In this document: in pieces, positions 1 to 9,871 of the stretch
Layout of the letters: each line of letters opens with the position of its first letter
How positions within the stretch are numbered: the first letter of the stretch is position 1
DNA from: Minisyncoccota bacterium
GTDB lineage: Bacteria; Patescibacteriota; Minisyncoccia; UBA6257; 2-01-FULL-56-20
Length of the DNA stretch: 64,000 nt
Reading direction: 5' to 3'
NCBI GenBank assembly: GCA_041664245.1
Contig: JBAYLC010000004.1
Location: 16,932-80,931 of the forward strand
Notes under the pieces: model-generated
What the model was told of the DNA's origin: nothing
Database searches by the model: none
The model's input: the letters and a program-made list of their open reading frames with translations, nothing else
Translations under genes and position numbers: made by a program

Positions 1-409
1 AACGGCCGAATTGAGGATTTTCGTGCCGGAACATCGGACCAATATAGTAAAGTTTCTGAGGCTGCCCCATTTTACTCATTCCGTGTTCAAGATAAGCTCG
101 AGCCACCGACGCCGTTCCTTCTGGTCTCATAGCCAACAAATTTCCACTCTTCGTTTTTAAAACATACATCTCCTTCTCCACAATATCGCTATCAACTCCA
201 ACCGTTCTTTGGAAAAGCTCCGCCGGCTCAAGAATTGGCGTATCGATTCGGCCAAAATTATAAAAATCAGCCAACTCCTTAGCTGTTTTTTCAATTCGAT
301 CCCACCACAACTGATCCATCGGTAAAACATCCCTCATCCCCTTCGGTGCCTGAAAAGAATTAAGCGCCGATTTATTTTTAACTTTCACAATTTTTTCTTT
401 CTTTGGCAT
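1..409 (-). CDS. hisS: Histidine--tRNA ligase, N-terminal part (runs off the window start)
   Basis: Manual translation from ATG at 409: MPKKEKIV...QAPKGMRDVLP...IDTPILEPAELFQRTVGVDSDIVEKEMY...LAMRPEGTASVARAY...KLYYIGPMFRHENPQFGR, typical HisRS motifs. Confidence 0.95.
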   Translation of the reverse strand, partial: MPKKEKIVKVKNKSALNSFQAPKGMRDVLPMDQLWWDRIEKTAKELADFYNFGRIDTPILEPAELFQRTVGVDSDIVEKEMYVLKTKSGNLLAMRPEGTASVARAYLEHGMSKMGQPQKLYYIGPMFRHENPQFGR

Positions 410-417
410 CAAATTAT

Positions 418-981
418 TTATATCCCATACTGAGGTGCGGCAAACGCCCTTAAGGTATCAACTGGCCACAGTCGCAATCTCACTAAACCAACAATCTCCT
501 TTGACTCAAGCACTCCCCATCCCCTTGAATCAAAACTATATGGCCGGTTATCTCCTAGGGCAAAATATTGATTTGGACCTAATTTAAATTCAGAAACATT
601 ATTCATATTCGTAGTCACCGTTCCAGCTGGCAAATATTTTTCCACTAATGCTTTCTCTTCTCCGTTGCTGGTTCTTAATATATACACTTTATTCTCCTTT
701 ATCCTGACAATCTCCCCTGGTAAGCCGATCACTCTCTTTATAAAATAAACCGACTCATCTTGAGGGTTATGAAAAACCACCACCTCCCCCCGTTCCGCCG
801 GCCTAATGCGATAAGTAAGCTCATCTATCAATAGATAATCGCCGTCGGAAAAATTCGGCACCATACTCATTCCGCTAACCAAAAATGGTTGGACCAAAAA
901 CGTCCTTATAAGAAAAACAGAAACTACCGCAATTAAGGCGATTTCTCCTATTTCTAAAACTGAAATAAAAAACTTTTTCAT
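418..981 (-). CDS. lepB: Signal peptidase I
   Basis: VSGMSMVPNF (catalytic Ser), FIKRVIGLPG (Lys), GDNRPYSFDSR. Start MKKFF at 981 is preferred over the ORF-track 1029. Confidence 0.93.
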   Translation of the reverse strand: MKKFFISVLEIGEIALIAVVSVFLIRTFLVQPFLVSGMSMVPNFSDGDYLLIDELTYRIRPAERGEVVVFHNPQDESVYFIKRVIGLPGEIVRIKENKVYILRTSNGEEKALVEKYLPAGTVTTNMNNVSEFKLGPNQYFALGDNRPYSFDSRGWGVLESKEIVGLVRLRLWPVDTLRAFAAPQYGI

Positions 982-1042
982 AAAAAATTTTATCCTATTG
1001 CGCTTCCTTTTTCCCTGCCAGAAAAGCAAATCGCGCTAAATA

Positions 1043-1072
1043 TTGGCGTCAATATTTAACTTATTCTATAAT
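1043..1072 (+). promoter_or_regulatory. Sigma70-type promoter of pth, near-leaderless
   Basis: TTGGCG-18 bp-TATAAT; ATG lies 8 nt after the -10 box. Confidence 0.5.
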
Positions 1073-1080
1073 AGAAAACA

Positions 1081-1632
1081 ATGTCTGGCAAGTTCAACTT
1101 AGTCATTGGCCTTGGTAATCCCGGCCCTGAATATAAAAAAACCTATCATAATATTGGCTTTCTTGCCACTGATTTTATTACCACTAAGTCCGGCTTCAAA
1201 AAATTCAGCAAAAGTTCGACTAAAAAATTTGAATTTTTAGAGGTTAAAAACACAATAATCTGCCGGCCCCTCACCTTTATGAATGACTCTGGCCAAGCTG
1301 TCGTCCTAATTTTGAAATATTTTAAAATAAAACCCGAAAATATTTTAGTTATTCACGATGATAGTGACTTAGAAATTGGAAAATACAAGCTTGTCTATGA
1401 TCGCGGTTCGGCCGGCCACAAAGGGATAATCTCCGTAATCAACCACCTCAAAACAAAAAAAATCTGGCGCCTCCGGATCGGAATTCGCCCAAAACCTAAT
1501 AATAACGACACAACTCCTCAAAAAAGAATAAAAGCGGAAAAATTTGTCCTTAAGGATATAAAGCCCACCGACCAAAAAATATTTGATCACATTTTCGGCG
1601 AAATTACCGAAAAAGTTATCGGGAATGAATAA
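1081..1632 (+). CDS. pth: Peptidyl-tRNA hydrolase
   Basis: IGLGNPGPEY..TYHNIGF, PLTFMNDSG, HDDSDL, SAGHKGI, RLRIGI. Confidence 0.96.
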   Translation: MSGKFNLVIGLGNPGPEYKKTYHNIGFLATDFITTKSGFKKFSKSSTKKFEFLEVKNTIICRPLTFMNDSGQAVVLILKYFKIKPENILVIHDDSDLEIGKYKLVYDRGSAGHKGIISVINHLKTKKIWRLRIGIRPKPNNNDTTPQKRIKAEKFVLKDIKPTDQKIFDHIFGEITEKVIGNE

Positions 1633-3104
1633 TCTCCATCAGGGTCCAATGTTATCTTGGTAAACTGAAAATCGACGCTTCCAAAAAAAGGGTCGGAGTT
1701 AAACACTTTTTCCAACTTCGCAGCATCTTCTCTTGTCTTTGATTCTCCGACAAGAGTAACTGGGGTATCAAAAGAGCTAAAACTAAATTTAGTTAAAACC
1801 GAATTATTAGTCACCAGTATACTATTAATTTTCTCAAACACTGCCGCCTTCGATAACTTCACGTCTCGAATTGGAGCGATTATATCTAAAGATTTATTAA
1901 AATCCTCGGCTTGTTGTTTTAAAAACTTAACCTCATTAAATTTCTGGCTATCACCATCACTAATTTTCGATTCCCGAATTAGATCATTATTTGTTTTAGT
2001 TAAAAAACCTATCGTCAAAGCGAAAACCAATAGCAACACCCCCATTGCGATTGGTGCCGCCGCAAGCCAAAATCTCAAAAAATTAAGAATCTGCCCTCGC
2101 CGATAATTATCTTCCGCCTCTACTCCCGAAAGATTTATTTCCCTATCATCTCGTCTGGAAGCAATTGATCTAATTCCGCCCCCCAAGGCCCCAAACCATT
2201 CCGAACTAACTGGCCGATCCAGTTTTAGTTCCAGATTTTTGACCCTTAGCGAAAAATTATCCTTAATTATTTTTGTAATCTCCTCTCCTAATCCAGGCGT
2301 TGCCAGAATAACATCCTCCACCGGCTCGCTCCAATGCTGTCCGTAAAAATTCAAAACTTGTCTTAAATTTCTAACCACGACTGTTCGAAATTCAGAAATT
2401 GAAATCTCTTTGCCTCCTCCTTTCAAATCTTGCCAAGAATTGAAATACTCAAAATACATTTGTCCCCGCTTTATAATAATAAAATCCAAACTTTCATTAT
2501 CCAAACTTAAGAGAATATAAGGCCGAAAACTATCTATTCCCAAAGATTGCTCACGGAAAATTCTTGTTAGCGAAAAAGATCTTGACTCAACCGCAATTAC
2601 TAAAAAACCGGCCTCTAGCAAGGCCTTGCTAAGTTCATCAACCATCGTTCGGCCAACAAACACCGAAAGAATATCAACTTTTTTGGCCGTTTCGTCGGTT
2701 CCAACCAGTTGCCACCCTGAATAATGCTCGCCAACCTGAGAAGGAGCTACCATTTGTAAATTAAGTTTAACCGCTTCCTTCAGGGCATGGCCCTCTAATT
2801 TCGGCAAACTGAAAATCTGAGTGTAAATATTAAGCGACCCCAACGAAACTACCACTAAAATCTTTTTTTGAGGCTGGTCTTTTTTAAAAATTTCCTTCTT
2901 TAATATAAAAAGGGACTCAACAAATTTATGATAATCCAAAATTACATTGGCCTTCATAATCCCCGGCGCCAATCTGATACTAGTCATCTGCCACTCCCGA
3001 TTATTTTTTAAATAAGCAAAACGCAAAGAAAAATCAGAAATCTCCAACCCGCCGATCATCGAGTTGCCCTTTAAAAAATTTAAAACTTTTCTCAAATATC
3101 TCAT
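1587..3104 (-). CDS. PilM-like type IV pilus assembly protein with C-terminal TM segment and PilN-like domain
   Basis: N-terminal GGLEISDFSLRF resembles the PilM actin fold, followed by one TM helix and a PilN-like tail (VTLVGESKTREDAAKL...YSFPITF); last gene of the pil cluster. Likely start MRYLR at 3104 (ORF track 3212). Confidence 0.7.
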   Translation of the reverse strand: MRYLRKVLNFLKGNSMIGGLEISDFSLRFAYLKNNREWQMTSIRLAPGIMKANVILDYHKFVESLFILKKEIFKKDQPQKKILVVVSLGSLNIYTQIFSLPKLEGHALKEAVKLNLQMVAPSQVGEHYSGWQLVGTDETAKKVDILSVFVGRTMVDELSKALLEAGFLVIAVESRSFSLTRIFREQSLGIDSFRPYILLSLDNESLDFIIIKRGQMYFEYFNSWQDLKGGGKEISISEFRTVVVRNLRQVLNFYGQHWSEPVEDVILATPGLGEEITKIIKDNFSLRVKNLELKLDRPVSSEWFGALGGGIRSIASRRDDREINLSGVEAEDNYRRGQILNFLRFWLAAAPIAMGVLLLVFALTIGFLTKTNNDLIRESKISDGDSQKFNEVKFLKQQAEDFNKSLDIIAPIRDVKLSKAAVFEKINSILVTNNSVLTKFSFSSFDTPVTLVGESKTREDAAKLEKVFNSDPFFGSVDFQFTKITLDPDGDYSFPITFSVISPKM

Positions 3105-3141
3105 TTTAAAATTACTTTCACCTTTAAAATAACATAACTCC

Positions 3142-3675
3142 TTATAAGTGTATACAAGAACCCACGCACAAACACGTCCCAATAACTGGGTCGGAACACT
3201 CAGTTTTAACATCGCCTATCTTCAAACTAACCACCTCAACTTTGCTGCTATATTTATCCACCGACAACACCCCGAAGAGCACGTATGCTTTTCCGGCAAT
3301 TGTCGCCTCCGACCTGATCACAAACTGATTTTTATCAACAGAGTAATAATCATTAATACAAACTGGTGAGGTAGAAGTTGGCGGAGCAATTCGAATCTCA
3401 AGTGTCCCTTCGGTACTCAAATTGGGATTATACGTTGAAGCGCATCCTCCGTTACTCAACTCCTTGTTTCTATTTATCCTTAAAGCCGCATCCTGAACCC
3501 CCGCTAAAGCCAGCTGTGCCGCCTTATTAACATCCCGAGAACCGTAACTGGAATAAATAAAATTAAAAACTAAAAACGCCAAAGTAATTCCTACGATAAC
3601 GATCACTCCCCCAATCAAAAGTACCAACGACAACGCCGTTTGCCCGTTTTTTTGATTGAATTTATTAATCATCAT
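3142..3675 (-). CDS. PilX-like minor pilin
   Basis: KNGQTALSLVLLIGG class III-like leader without Glu5, hydrophobic helix, AAQLALAGVQDA motif; Cys-rich tail. Confidence 0.7.
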   Translation of the reverse strand: MMINKFNQKNGQTALSLVLLIGGVIVIVGITLAFLVFNFIYSSYGSRDVNKAAQLALAGVQDAALRINRNKELSNGGCASTYNPNLSTEGTLEIRIAPPTSTSPVCINDYYSVDKNQFVIRSEATIAGKAYVLFGVLSVDKYSSKVEVVSLKIGDVKTECSDPVIGTCLCVGSCIHL

Positions 3676-3714
3676 TTTTTGCTTATTACAATGTACGTGC
3701 CCCGAGACGAGACA

Positions 3715-4743
3715 CTACGGACTCCAGTTCACCGTCACTTCATCAATTCTCGGCGTTAACGCCTGGTCTGGATCTGATTTCAATCTAACCAGATACTTAA
3801 AGTATCTCTTATTAGTGAAATCAGAAACGTTGTCAATCTTCACGCGGTATACTCCCGGCGAGTCAAAAACCGTAGCGTAAGAATTATAATAAGATGAAAT
3901 CGAGCCGTTCGGCCCCAAGAAAATCCACGGTCCGCTCGTTGAATTTGCCGCGGCTAGCTTAAAGCTCACACCAGTAGTAACTGGTAAATTTCCTTTCCAA
4001 ATAATCGAATTTATTTGAACCCCTTTAACTATGCCAGTATCAATAATAGCCGACTCCAGTGTTCCGTATGTTGAAGTTGCAAACCAATCCGTCGCCACTT
4101 TATAATCAGAGCCGTTTAATAAACACTCAGAGGGAGTGCCGCAACTGAAACTAATCCAGCCGGCAATATCATTCCAAGCGTAATTATAAAAATTCGATGG
4201 CGGTTCATCAATCCCAGTTGAAGAAGACGGGTATACGCCCACTCCCCAATAAACCGTAGTAGTTGCATGCTGAATTTCATTCCAAACCGTACTGCTTCCA
4301 GCAAAACTAATCCAACCGATTGCATCATTCCACGCCCAGCCAGAAACATGGCCCCGGCCATCATTTTTAACTCCCCAATTTCCAGCCGGACCAGTGCAAT
4401 TACTAGAACCCCCAGGCGGCAAAGTTGCGCAATTTAAAACAACTTCCCCAATTGAAGAACTCGCCCAGCCCTCTAAGTATTTTGAATGAACAATAACGTT
4501 ATGAGTACTATGAAAATCTATCCAGCCAATTGGACCGCTCCAACCCCAAGAATAATTTGAATTGGAATAAAGAGTGGAAGGGCTATAAAGAGAATTAACT
4601 GTTGGGTGAATATTGGTTCCCGGGTCTGGATTGGCCTTAGTAACCCTAAAACCGGTTACTAAAAAAACCGTCAAAATAACTCCGCCCAAAACAAAAACGC
4701 TGAATATTCCGACTGTTTTATTTCCTTTAAGATACTTTTTCAT
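3715..4743 (-). CDS. Secreted or membrane-anchored pilus-associated protein with GWAW-x-IGWI repeats
   Basis: N-terminal TM/signal; four copies of a (G/Y)W(A/G)W..IGWI(S/D)F-like motif; located in the pilin cluster. Confidence 0.65.
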   Translation of the reverse strand: MKKYLKGNKTVGIFSVFVLGGVILTVFLVTGFRVTKANPDPGTNIHPTVNSLYSPSTLYSNSNYSWGWSGPIGWIDFHSTHNVIVHSKYLEGWASSSIGEVVLNCATLPPGGSSNCTGPAGNWGVKNDGRGHVSGWAWNDAIGWISFAGSSTVWNEIQHATTTVYWGVGVYPSSSTGIDEPPSNFYNYAWNDIAGWISFSCGTPSECLLNGSDYKVATDWFATSTYGTLESAIIDTGIVKGVQINSIIWKGNLPVTTGVSFKLAAANSTSGPWIFLGPNGSISSYYNSYATVFDSPGVYRVKIDNVSDFTNKRYFKYLVRLKSDPDQALTPRIDEVTVNWSP

Positions 4744-4748
4744 TTATA

Positions 4749-5426
4749 TTAAATTCCTAAAATTTTTATTGAACCGTTGGCATTTGAATAATCAATATTT
4801 GATGAGGTCGAAAAATTATTGGTGCTGGTCGCAACCAATAACTCGTTCGGCCCGCCCGACCAATCCGCTTGGTCAAAAATTTTACTCCGGAAACGAACTA
4901 AAAACGTCTGCAAACTGCTCGTTGTCGCCCCCGACCAGCCGTAAGTAACAGTCAAGCGTCGAATTGATGGATCAAACACCGTAAGGGCGGGGCAAGCGGA
5001 AACCGGATTAGGAGAAATAGTAGTCGTGGCAAAATTACCCAATGCGTTTCGGCAAACTGCCTCAATTTTAAAATATCGCGTGTAAGTTGTGGTGCCGTTT
5101 ATAATTGACTCCGGCCCCGACATCGCTTTAAAAGGAGAAGTACCGGTAGTCATCGTGGTTGCCATATAATAAAAATAATTAGTCGACGTTGCCATAATAT
5201 TATCAAGATTATGCCAGTCGCTTGCCGAAAAAACCTTTACCCTTTCAATCAAATCTAGTCCTAGTCCCACCGCAAACTTTGACTCATTAGCCGTTTTATT
5301 AGTTTTTAGAGTCGGAATAATAATCGCTGCCACCGCCCCGATTAGAAGAACCCCAACTGCTATTGCTATCAAAATCTCAATCAAAGATTGCCCCCGTCGA
5401 CCATAAATTTTAAACTTTTTTTTCAT
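4749..5426 (-). CDS. Type IV minor pilin (prepilin N-terminal cleavage/methylation motif)
   Basis: RRG/QSLIEILIAIAVGVLLI. Confidence 0.85.
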   Translation of the reverse strand: MKKKFKIYGRRGQSLIEILIAIAVGVLLIGAVAAIIIPTLKTNKTANESKFAVGLGLDLIERVKVFSASDWHNLDNIMATSTNYFYYMATTMTTGTSPFKAMSGPESIINGTTTYTRYFKIEAVCRNALGNFATTTISPNPVSACPALTVFDPSIRRLTVTYGWSGATTSSLQTFLVRFRSKIFDQADWSGGPNELLVATSTNNFSTSSNIDYSNANGSIKILGI

Positions 5427-5463
5427 AATTACTGCATTAAAATATCACCTGACGAAACTCTAT

Positions 5464-6780
5464 TTATTGCGCTGTTCCAAAAACAATATTTGATATCGTA
5501 GAAGTATTTCCTGCGTCATCAATCGCTTTGATGGCAAAATAATATCTAGTGCCTATAACAAGACCCGACACAGTCCACGTCTCTGGGCTTCCCGCAATTT
5601 GAGGCAAAGACAAATCCATCTCTCGGGAATAAGAAGACCAATTACTGTCAAGAATTGAAATTGGCGAAGTGGAATACCTTAAATCATAAATCGTGGCGGT
5701 GCCGCTGTTACCATCGTCGCCAGGAGCAATCCAAGTGAGCAAAACCCTACCAGTAGAACCACCGCCTCCAGCTGCGAGTGAGGAGAAAAGTGAAGCAAGT
5801 GAAACATCAGTCTGGGTAGCGGCAAAACCACCAATATCGACATTGAGACTAGCTATCGCAGCTGGCCGAGTGGTATCCAAAGCCAAAGCTTCCGTGGTGG
5901 CCGAAGCCGGAGCTGATTGACCAGAGGCATTTCCTCTAGCATCATAAGCATCAACAGTATAAGTGTAAGTGGTAGATGGACTAAGACCAGAGTTAGAATA
6001 ACCAGGGCTAAAAACAGTAGCGATTGGAACTGGATTGCCATCTCGATAAATCCGATATCCAGCAACGCCGACATTATCGGTCGAGGCCGACCAAGAGAGA
6101 TCGATTCGAGAAGAAGATATAGGAACAGCCAAAAGGTTTGCGGGAATAGTAGGTGAAATATCATCAGGCAAAGGCGGAACATAAGGAGGCGTACTCGAAG
6201 AAGGGGTTGAAAAACTTACCACCCCTATTGGCGAAACCGAAATAGTTGACGAAACATTCGGATTGCTTTTCAGAAAAACCGAAAAAGTGGCCGACGCTGA
6301 AGATCCGACAAGAAATCCTTGAGATGCGGAAAATTTAATAAGAATTTTTTTATACTGCGACAAACAGCTAGAACTAGAATTATTAAAATTAGGGGAGGAA
6401 AAATTAATATTATCAGGCAATGTATATTTATTTTTAGGAGTATTAATATTTAGTTCATCATATAAACCGAAAAATAACTGGCTTGAACTGCAGAACGGAT
6501 TTCCCAACCCAACTTGCCAAGCCCATCCGCTATCCTGAAATTTAGATTTATCTCTTGCTGTATTTAAAAGCGAAACAATTTTTTCAACGGTTGCATTAAA
6601 TTCCTTAAGCTTATTTTGTGGTAAAAGATTTAAAAAAGTCATTCCGATTAAAATCGCCATTATCACCATCACAATAATAAGTTCTATTATTGTAAACCCA
6701 TTTTTATTATTATGTTTTTTAATATTTTTAACCATATTTATATGTTTAAATTTTTTATTTAAATTTCGTATTGGCATCAT
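5464..6780 (-). CDS. Type IV prepilin with C-terminal fibronectin type III domains
   Basis: KNG/FTIIELIIVMVIMAIL; FN3 motifs IDLSWSASTDNVGVAGYRIYR...YTYTVDAYDARGN and LTWIAPGDDG...YYFAIKAIDDAGN. The start may be MVKN at 6735. Confidence 0.85.
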   Translation of the reverse strand: MMPIRNLNKKFKHINMVKNIKKHNNKNGFTIIELIIVMVIMAILIGMTFLNLLPQNKLKEFNATVEKIVSLLNTARDKSKFQDSGWAWQVGLGNPFCSSSQLFFGLYDELNINTPKNKYTLPDNINFSSPNFNNSSSSCLSQYKKILIKFSASQGFLVGSSASATFSVFLKSNPNVSSTISVSPIGVVSFSTPSSSTPPYVPPLPDDISPTIPANLLAVPISSSRIDLSWSASTDNVGVAGYRIYRDGNPVPIATVFSPGYSNSGLSPSTTYTYTVDAYDARGNASGQSAPASATTEALALDTTRPAAIASLNVDIGGFAATQTDVSLASLFSSLAAGGGGSTGRVLLTWIAPGDDGNSGTATIYDLRYSTSPISILDSNWSSYSREMDLSLPQIAGSPETWTVSGLVIGTRYYFAIKAIDDAGNTSTISNIVFGTAQ

Positions 6781-6812
6781 TTGATTATTAATAAAAAACT
6801 TTATCTATTTAT

Positions 6813-8024
6813 TTAAGAAAATTGCGCCGTCAATTGATAAATCGGAATTATTATCGAAAGAGCCACCAGCCCCACTAATAACCCCATGAATAAAAGCAAT
6901 ATTGGCTCCAAAAAAGAAACCAGGGATTTTATCGCCGACTCGGCTCTCGAGGCATAAAACTCAGAAAGCGTCTGTAAAAGATCTTCTAAATGTCCGGCCC
7001 TCTCCGATGCCGCAATCAAATTAGTAACCAGCTTCGGGAAAACTGTTTCTTTTCTGAAAGCCTCTCCTATTGTTAACCCTTTTGCCAAACCCTCTTCGCT
7101 GATTCGAAGCAAACTCGCCCGAAATTCAAGAACATTTACCGTCTCTGCTGCTATATTGAGCGATTGTATAATCGAAAGTCCCGCCTTCATCAACGAACTG
7201 GTTGTCGTTGCAAAACGTTGCACCGCCAACTCCCGATAAACCGTTTTGACTAAAGGTAATCGGCTAAACATTCGCTGGGCCAATTTCCGCCCCACATCGA
7301 ATTTCCAAAAAAACACTGCCGAAAAAACCACAATAATAATCAGGCCCGGAATAAATAGAAGCGCATGAGCATTTATAAAAAGCCCGATCCCAAACACCAC
7401 CCTTGAGAAAAGCGGCGGATTAATTCCTCCATCGGAAAAAACTTTCGCTATCTTAGGAAGTGCGAAAGTTACCAAAAAAATAAATATTGACATTGACGTC
7501 ACGAGCAAGATGACCGGATAGACCAGCGCCGATCGGATGCTATTCCGCAACGCTGCTTCCCTGCCAAGCGACACGCTTAATTCCTCAAATGTTTGCTGTA
7601 AATTTCCTGATGCCTCTGCGGCTTTAACTAAATTTATAAACACTGGCGAAAAAATTCTTGGATACCTTGCGAAAGCCGCATAAAATGGCTGGCCCCGCCC
7701 CAAATTGTCCCGAACCTCAAGTAAAAAGTTTTTCAGGGCTGGTTTATCAAAGTCAGAAATCAAAATATTTATTGCTGAAAGCAAATCAGTTCCCACTCGT
7801 AACATCAAAGAAAGATACCGAGTCAAAAAAATCTTGTCGGTTAAATTAATATTCCCAAAAATCCGCCGTGCCCCAAAACCCTCAGATTCTTTAATCGGCT
7901 TTACCGAAATCGGCCTCAGTTCTTTACCGGCTAGATATTGGAGAGCCTGAGTGAAATCATCGACTTCCAAATCCCCCTCGCTAATTTTTCCGCTTTTATC
8001 CGTTGCTAAATAATGAAAGAGCAT
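6813..8024 (-). CDS. pilC: Type IV pilus inner-membrane platform protein PilC/GspF
   Basis: Two T2SSF domains: AAEASGNL...SALVYPVIL and ASERAGHL...FLEPILL. Confidence 0.92.
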   Translation of the reverse strand: MLFHYLATDKSGKISEGDLEVDDFTQALQYLAGKELRPISVKPIKESEGFGARRIFGNINLTDKIFLTRYLSLMLRVGTDLLSAINILISDFDKPALKNFLLEVRDNLGRGQPFYAAFARYPRIFSPVFINLVKAAEASGNLQQTFEELSVSLGREAALRNSIRSALVYPVILLVTSMSIFIFLVTFALPKIAKVFSDGGINPPLFSRVVFGIGLFINAHALLFIPGLIIIVVFSAVFFWKFDVGRKLAQRMFSRLPLVKTVYRELAVQRFATTTSSLMKAGLSIIQSLNIAAETVNVLEFRASLLRISEEGLAKGLTIGEAFRKETVFPKLVTNLIAASERAGHLEDLLQTLSEFYASRAESAIKSLVSFLEPILLLFMGLLVGLVALSIIIPIYQLTAQFS

Positions 8025-8140
8025 AATAAAAAATCACCAATTCAAACAATTAATTCGAACCAACTCTTCTTAATTATAAACTTTTCTATAAAACTAGTCA
8101 CTAAAACATCCCCAAAGGGTAAATAGTAAAATTCTCAAAG

Positions 8141-9856
8141 CTATTCCCTAATGACCCGCAAAACCTCATCAATAGTGGTCATTGCTAATTCAACTTTTTT
8201 TAGTCCGTCCTCAAACATCGAAATCATTCCGTTTTCTCTGGCAACTTTGTGCAATTTTTCCAAATTAAAATCCGGGCTAATTATGGTTTTTTTCACCTCC
8301 TCACCAACATCTAAAACTTCATATATTCCCAGCCGTCCTCGATACCCGGTCATCCCACAACTTGAACATCCTTTTCCATGAAAAAAGTTTTTTGGTAGCT
8401 TAACCTTATTTGGGTCAAGATTTAGTTGTTCTAGTTGATTCATAATCACCTTGGTAATCTCTGGACTCGGCTCGTAAGAATATATACAGGCCTGGCAAAC
8501 CCTCCGCACTAAACGTTGGGCAATAATAACATTCAAAACCGAAACCACTAGAAAAGGCGGCACTTCTAAGTCAAAAAGTCGGGGTACCACCGTTGGCGCA
8601 TCGTTAGTGTGAAGTGAGGAAAGAAGTAAGTGGCCAGTCAAAGCCGCCTGCACTGCAATTCCCGCCGTCTCCGCGTCTCTAATCTCACCAACCATTATAA
8701 TATTCGGATCTTGCCTTAAAATTGCCCTGAGACCGGAAGCAAAAGTTATCCCCGCCTGAGTATTTATCTGGGTTTGATTAACATATCGCATATTGTATTC
8801 CACCGGATCTTCGACGGTAACTATATTCACCGTCGGTCTGTTTAAAATATCCATCATTGCGTAGAGCGTTGTTGATTTTCCTGATCCCGTTGGCCCGCAG
8901 CACAAAACCATTCCGTAAGCTTTCTTTAAGTTGTCGGCGACAATTTTCTCCATATCCGGAAACATTCCGATCTCGGTAAGCGATAGTGGTTTTTGAGCCG
9001 CCTCAAGAAGCCTCATCACAATTTTCTCTCCATAAAATGTTGGCAAAACCGAGACCCGAACATCTATCACCTGGCTGCCGACCTGATAATGAAAACGTCC
9101 GTCTTGTGGTTTATAATGTTCGTCAATCTTTAACCCAGACAAAATTTTAATTCTTGCCGTGAGAGCCGCGTGAATCGCTTTCGGCATCCGCATTATTTCA
9201 AAAAGAATTCCATCAATCCGATAGCGCACAATCGTTACATCTTCCATAATTTCCATATGAACATCCGACGCTCGCGAAGCAATCGCATACGACATCAAGT
9301 TGTCCACGATCGAAACTATCGGCAGAAGCGAGGCAGACTCCTCAACACTCTTTGCCTGTCCTCTCAGTGATTCCTGAACATTATTTTCAATTAATTTCTT
9401 AAAATCTTGCGCCGACTGTGAACCGTAAATAGAAAATCCCTTATTCAAATCACTACCCGTGGCAAAAAAGGGATTTATTTTTGCGTTCAAATGCTGGGAA
9501 AGAAATTTAATTGTCTCTAAATCGCTAGGATCGCTCATTGCCACATCGAAACTTCCGTCTGGCTCTTTCTTAAAAACAATAACTTCCCGCTGCCTAGCAG
9601 CACCCTCTTCGAGTAGCTTAATCGCATCCTTGTCTATCCCCTGAACCTCAAGGTTAGCCAAAGAAACCCCCAGCATCTCCGCTAAAAGATTATTCAAATA
9701 ACTTACTTCAACAATTTTTAGAGATATCAAAGAATCAAGCAATCCTTGATTTTTTCTTCTTGAATCTTCGTAGATGGTGTCGAATCGCTCGGCCGTAATC
9801 AAACCCTCCTGCACTAATCTGTTTTTCAACTGGGGAACTGGTATTGGTATTCTCAT
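8141..9856 (-). CDS. pilB: Type IV pilus assembly ATPase PilB/GspE
   Basis: ASDVHME, PQDGRF, Walker A GPTGSGKSTT, EDPVEY, LRQDPNIIMVGEIRD, His box HLLLSSLHTND, Cys4 zinc motif. Confidence 0.95.
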   Translation of the reverse strand: MRIPIPVPQLKNRLVQEGLITAERFDTIYEDSRRKNQGLLDSLISLKIVEVSYLNNLLAEMLGVSLANLEVQGIDKDAIKLLEEGAARQREVIVFKKEPDGSFDVAMSDPSDLETIKFLSQHLNAKINPFFATGSDLNKGFSIYGSQSAQDFKKLIENNVQESLRGQAKSVEESASLLPIVSIVDNLMSYAIASRASDVHMEIMEDVTIVRYRIDGILFEIMRMPKAIHAALTARIKILSGLKIDEHYKPQDGRFHYQVGSQVIDVRVSVLPTFYGEKIVMRLLEAAQKPLSLTEIGMFPDMEKIVADNLKKAYGMVLCCGPTGSGKSTTLYAMMDILNRPTVNIVTVEDPVEYNMRYVNQTQINTQAGITFASGLRAILRQDPNIIMVGEIRDAETAGIAVQAALTGHLLLSSLHTNDAPTVVPRLFDLEVPPFLVVSVLNVIIAQRLVRRVCQACIYSYEPSPEITKVIMNQLEQLNLDPNKVKLPKNFFHGKGCSSCGMTGYRGRLGIYEVLDVGEEVKKTIISPDFNLEKLHKVARENGMISMFEDGLKKVELAMTTIDEVLRVIRE

Positions 9857-9871
9857 AAAATTATTTAAAAA

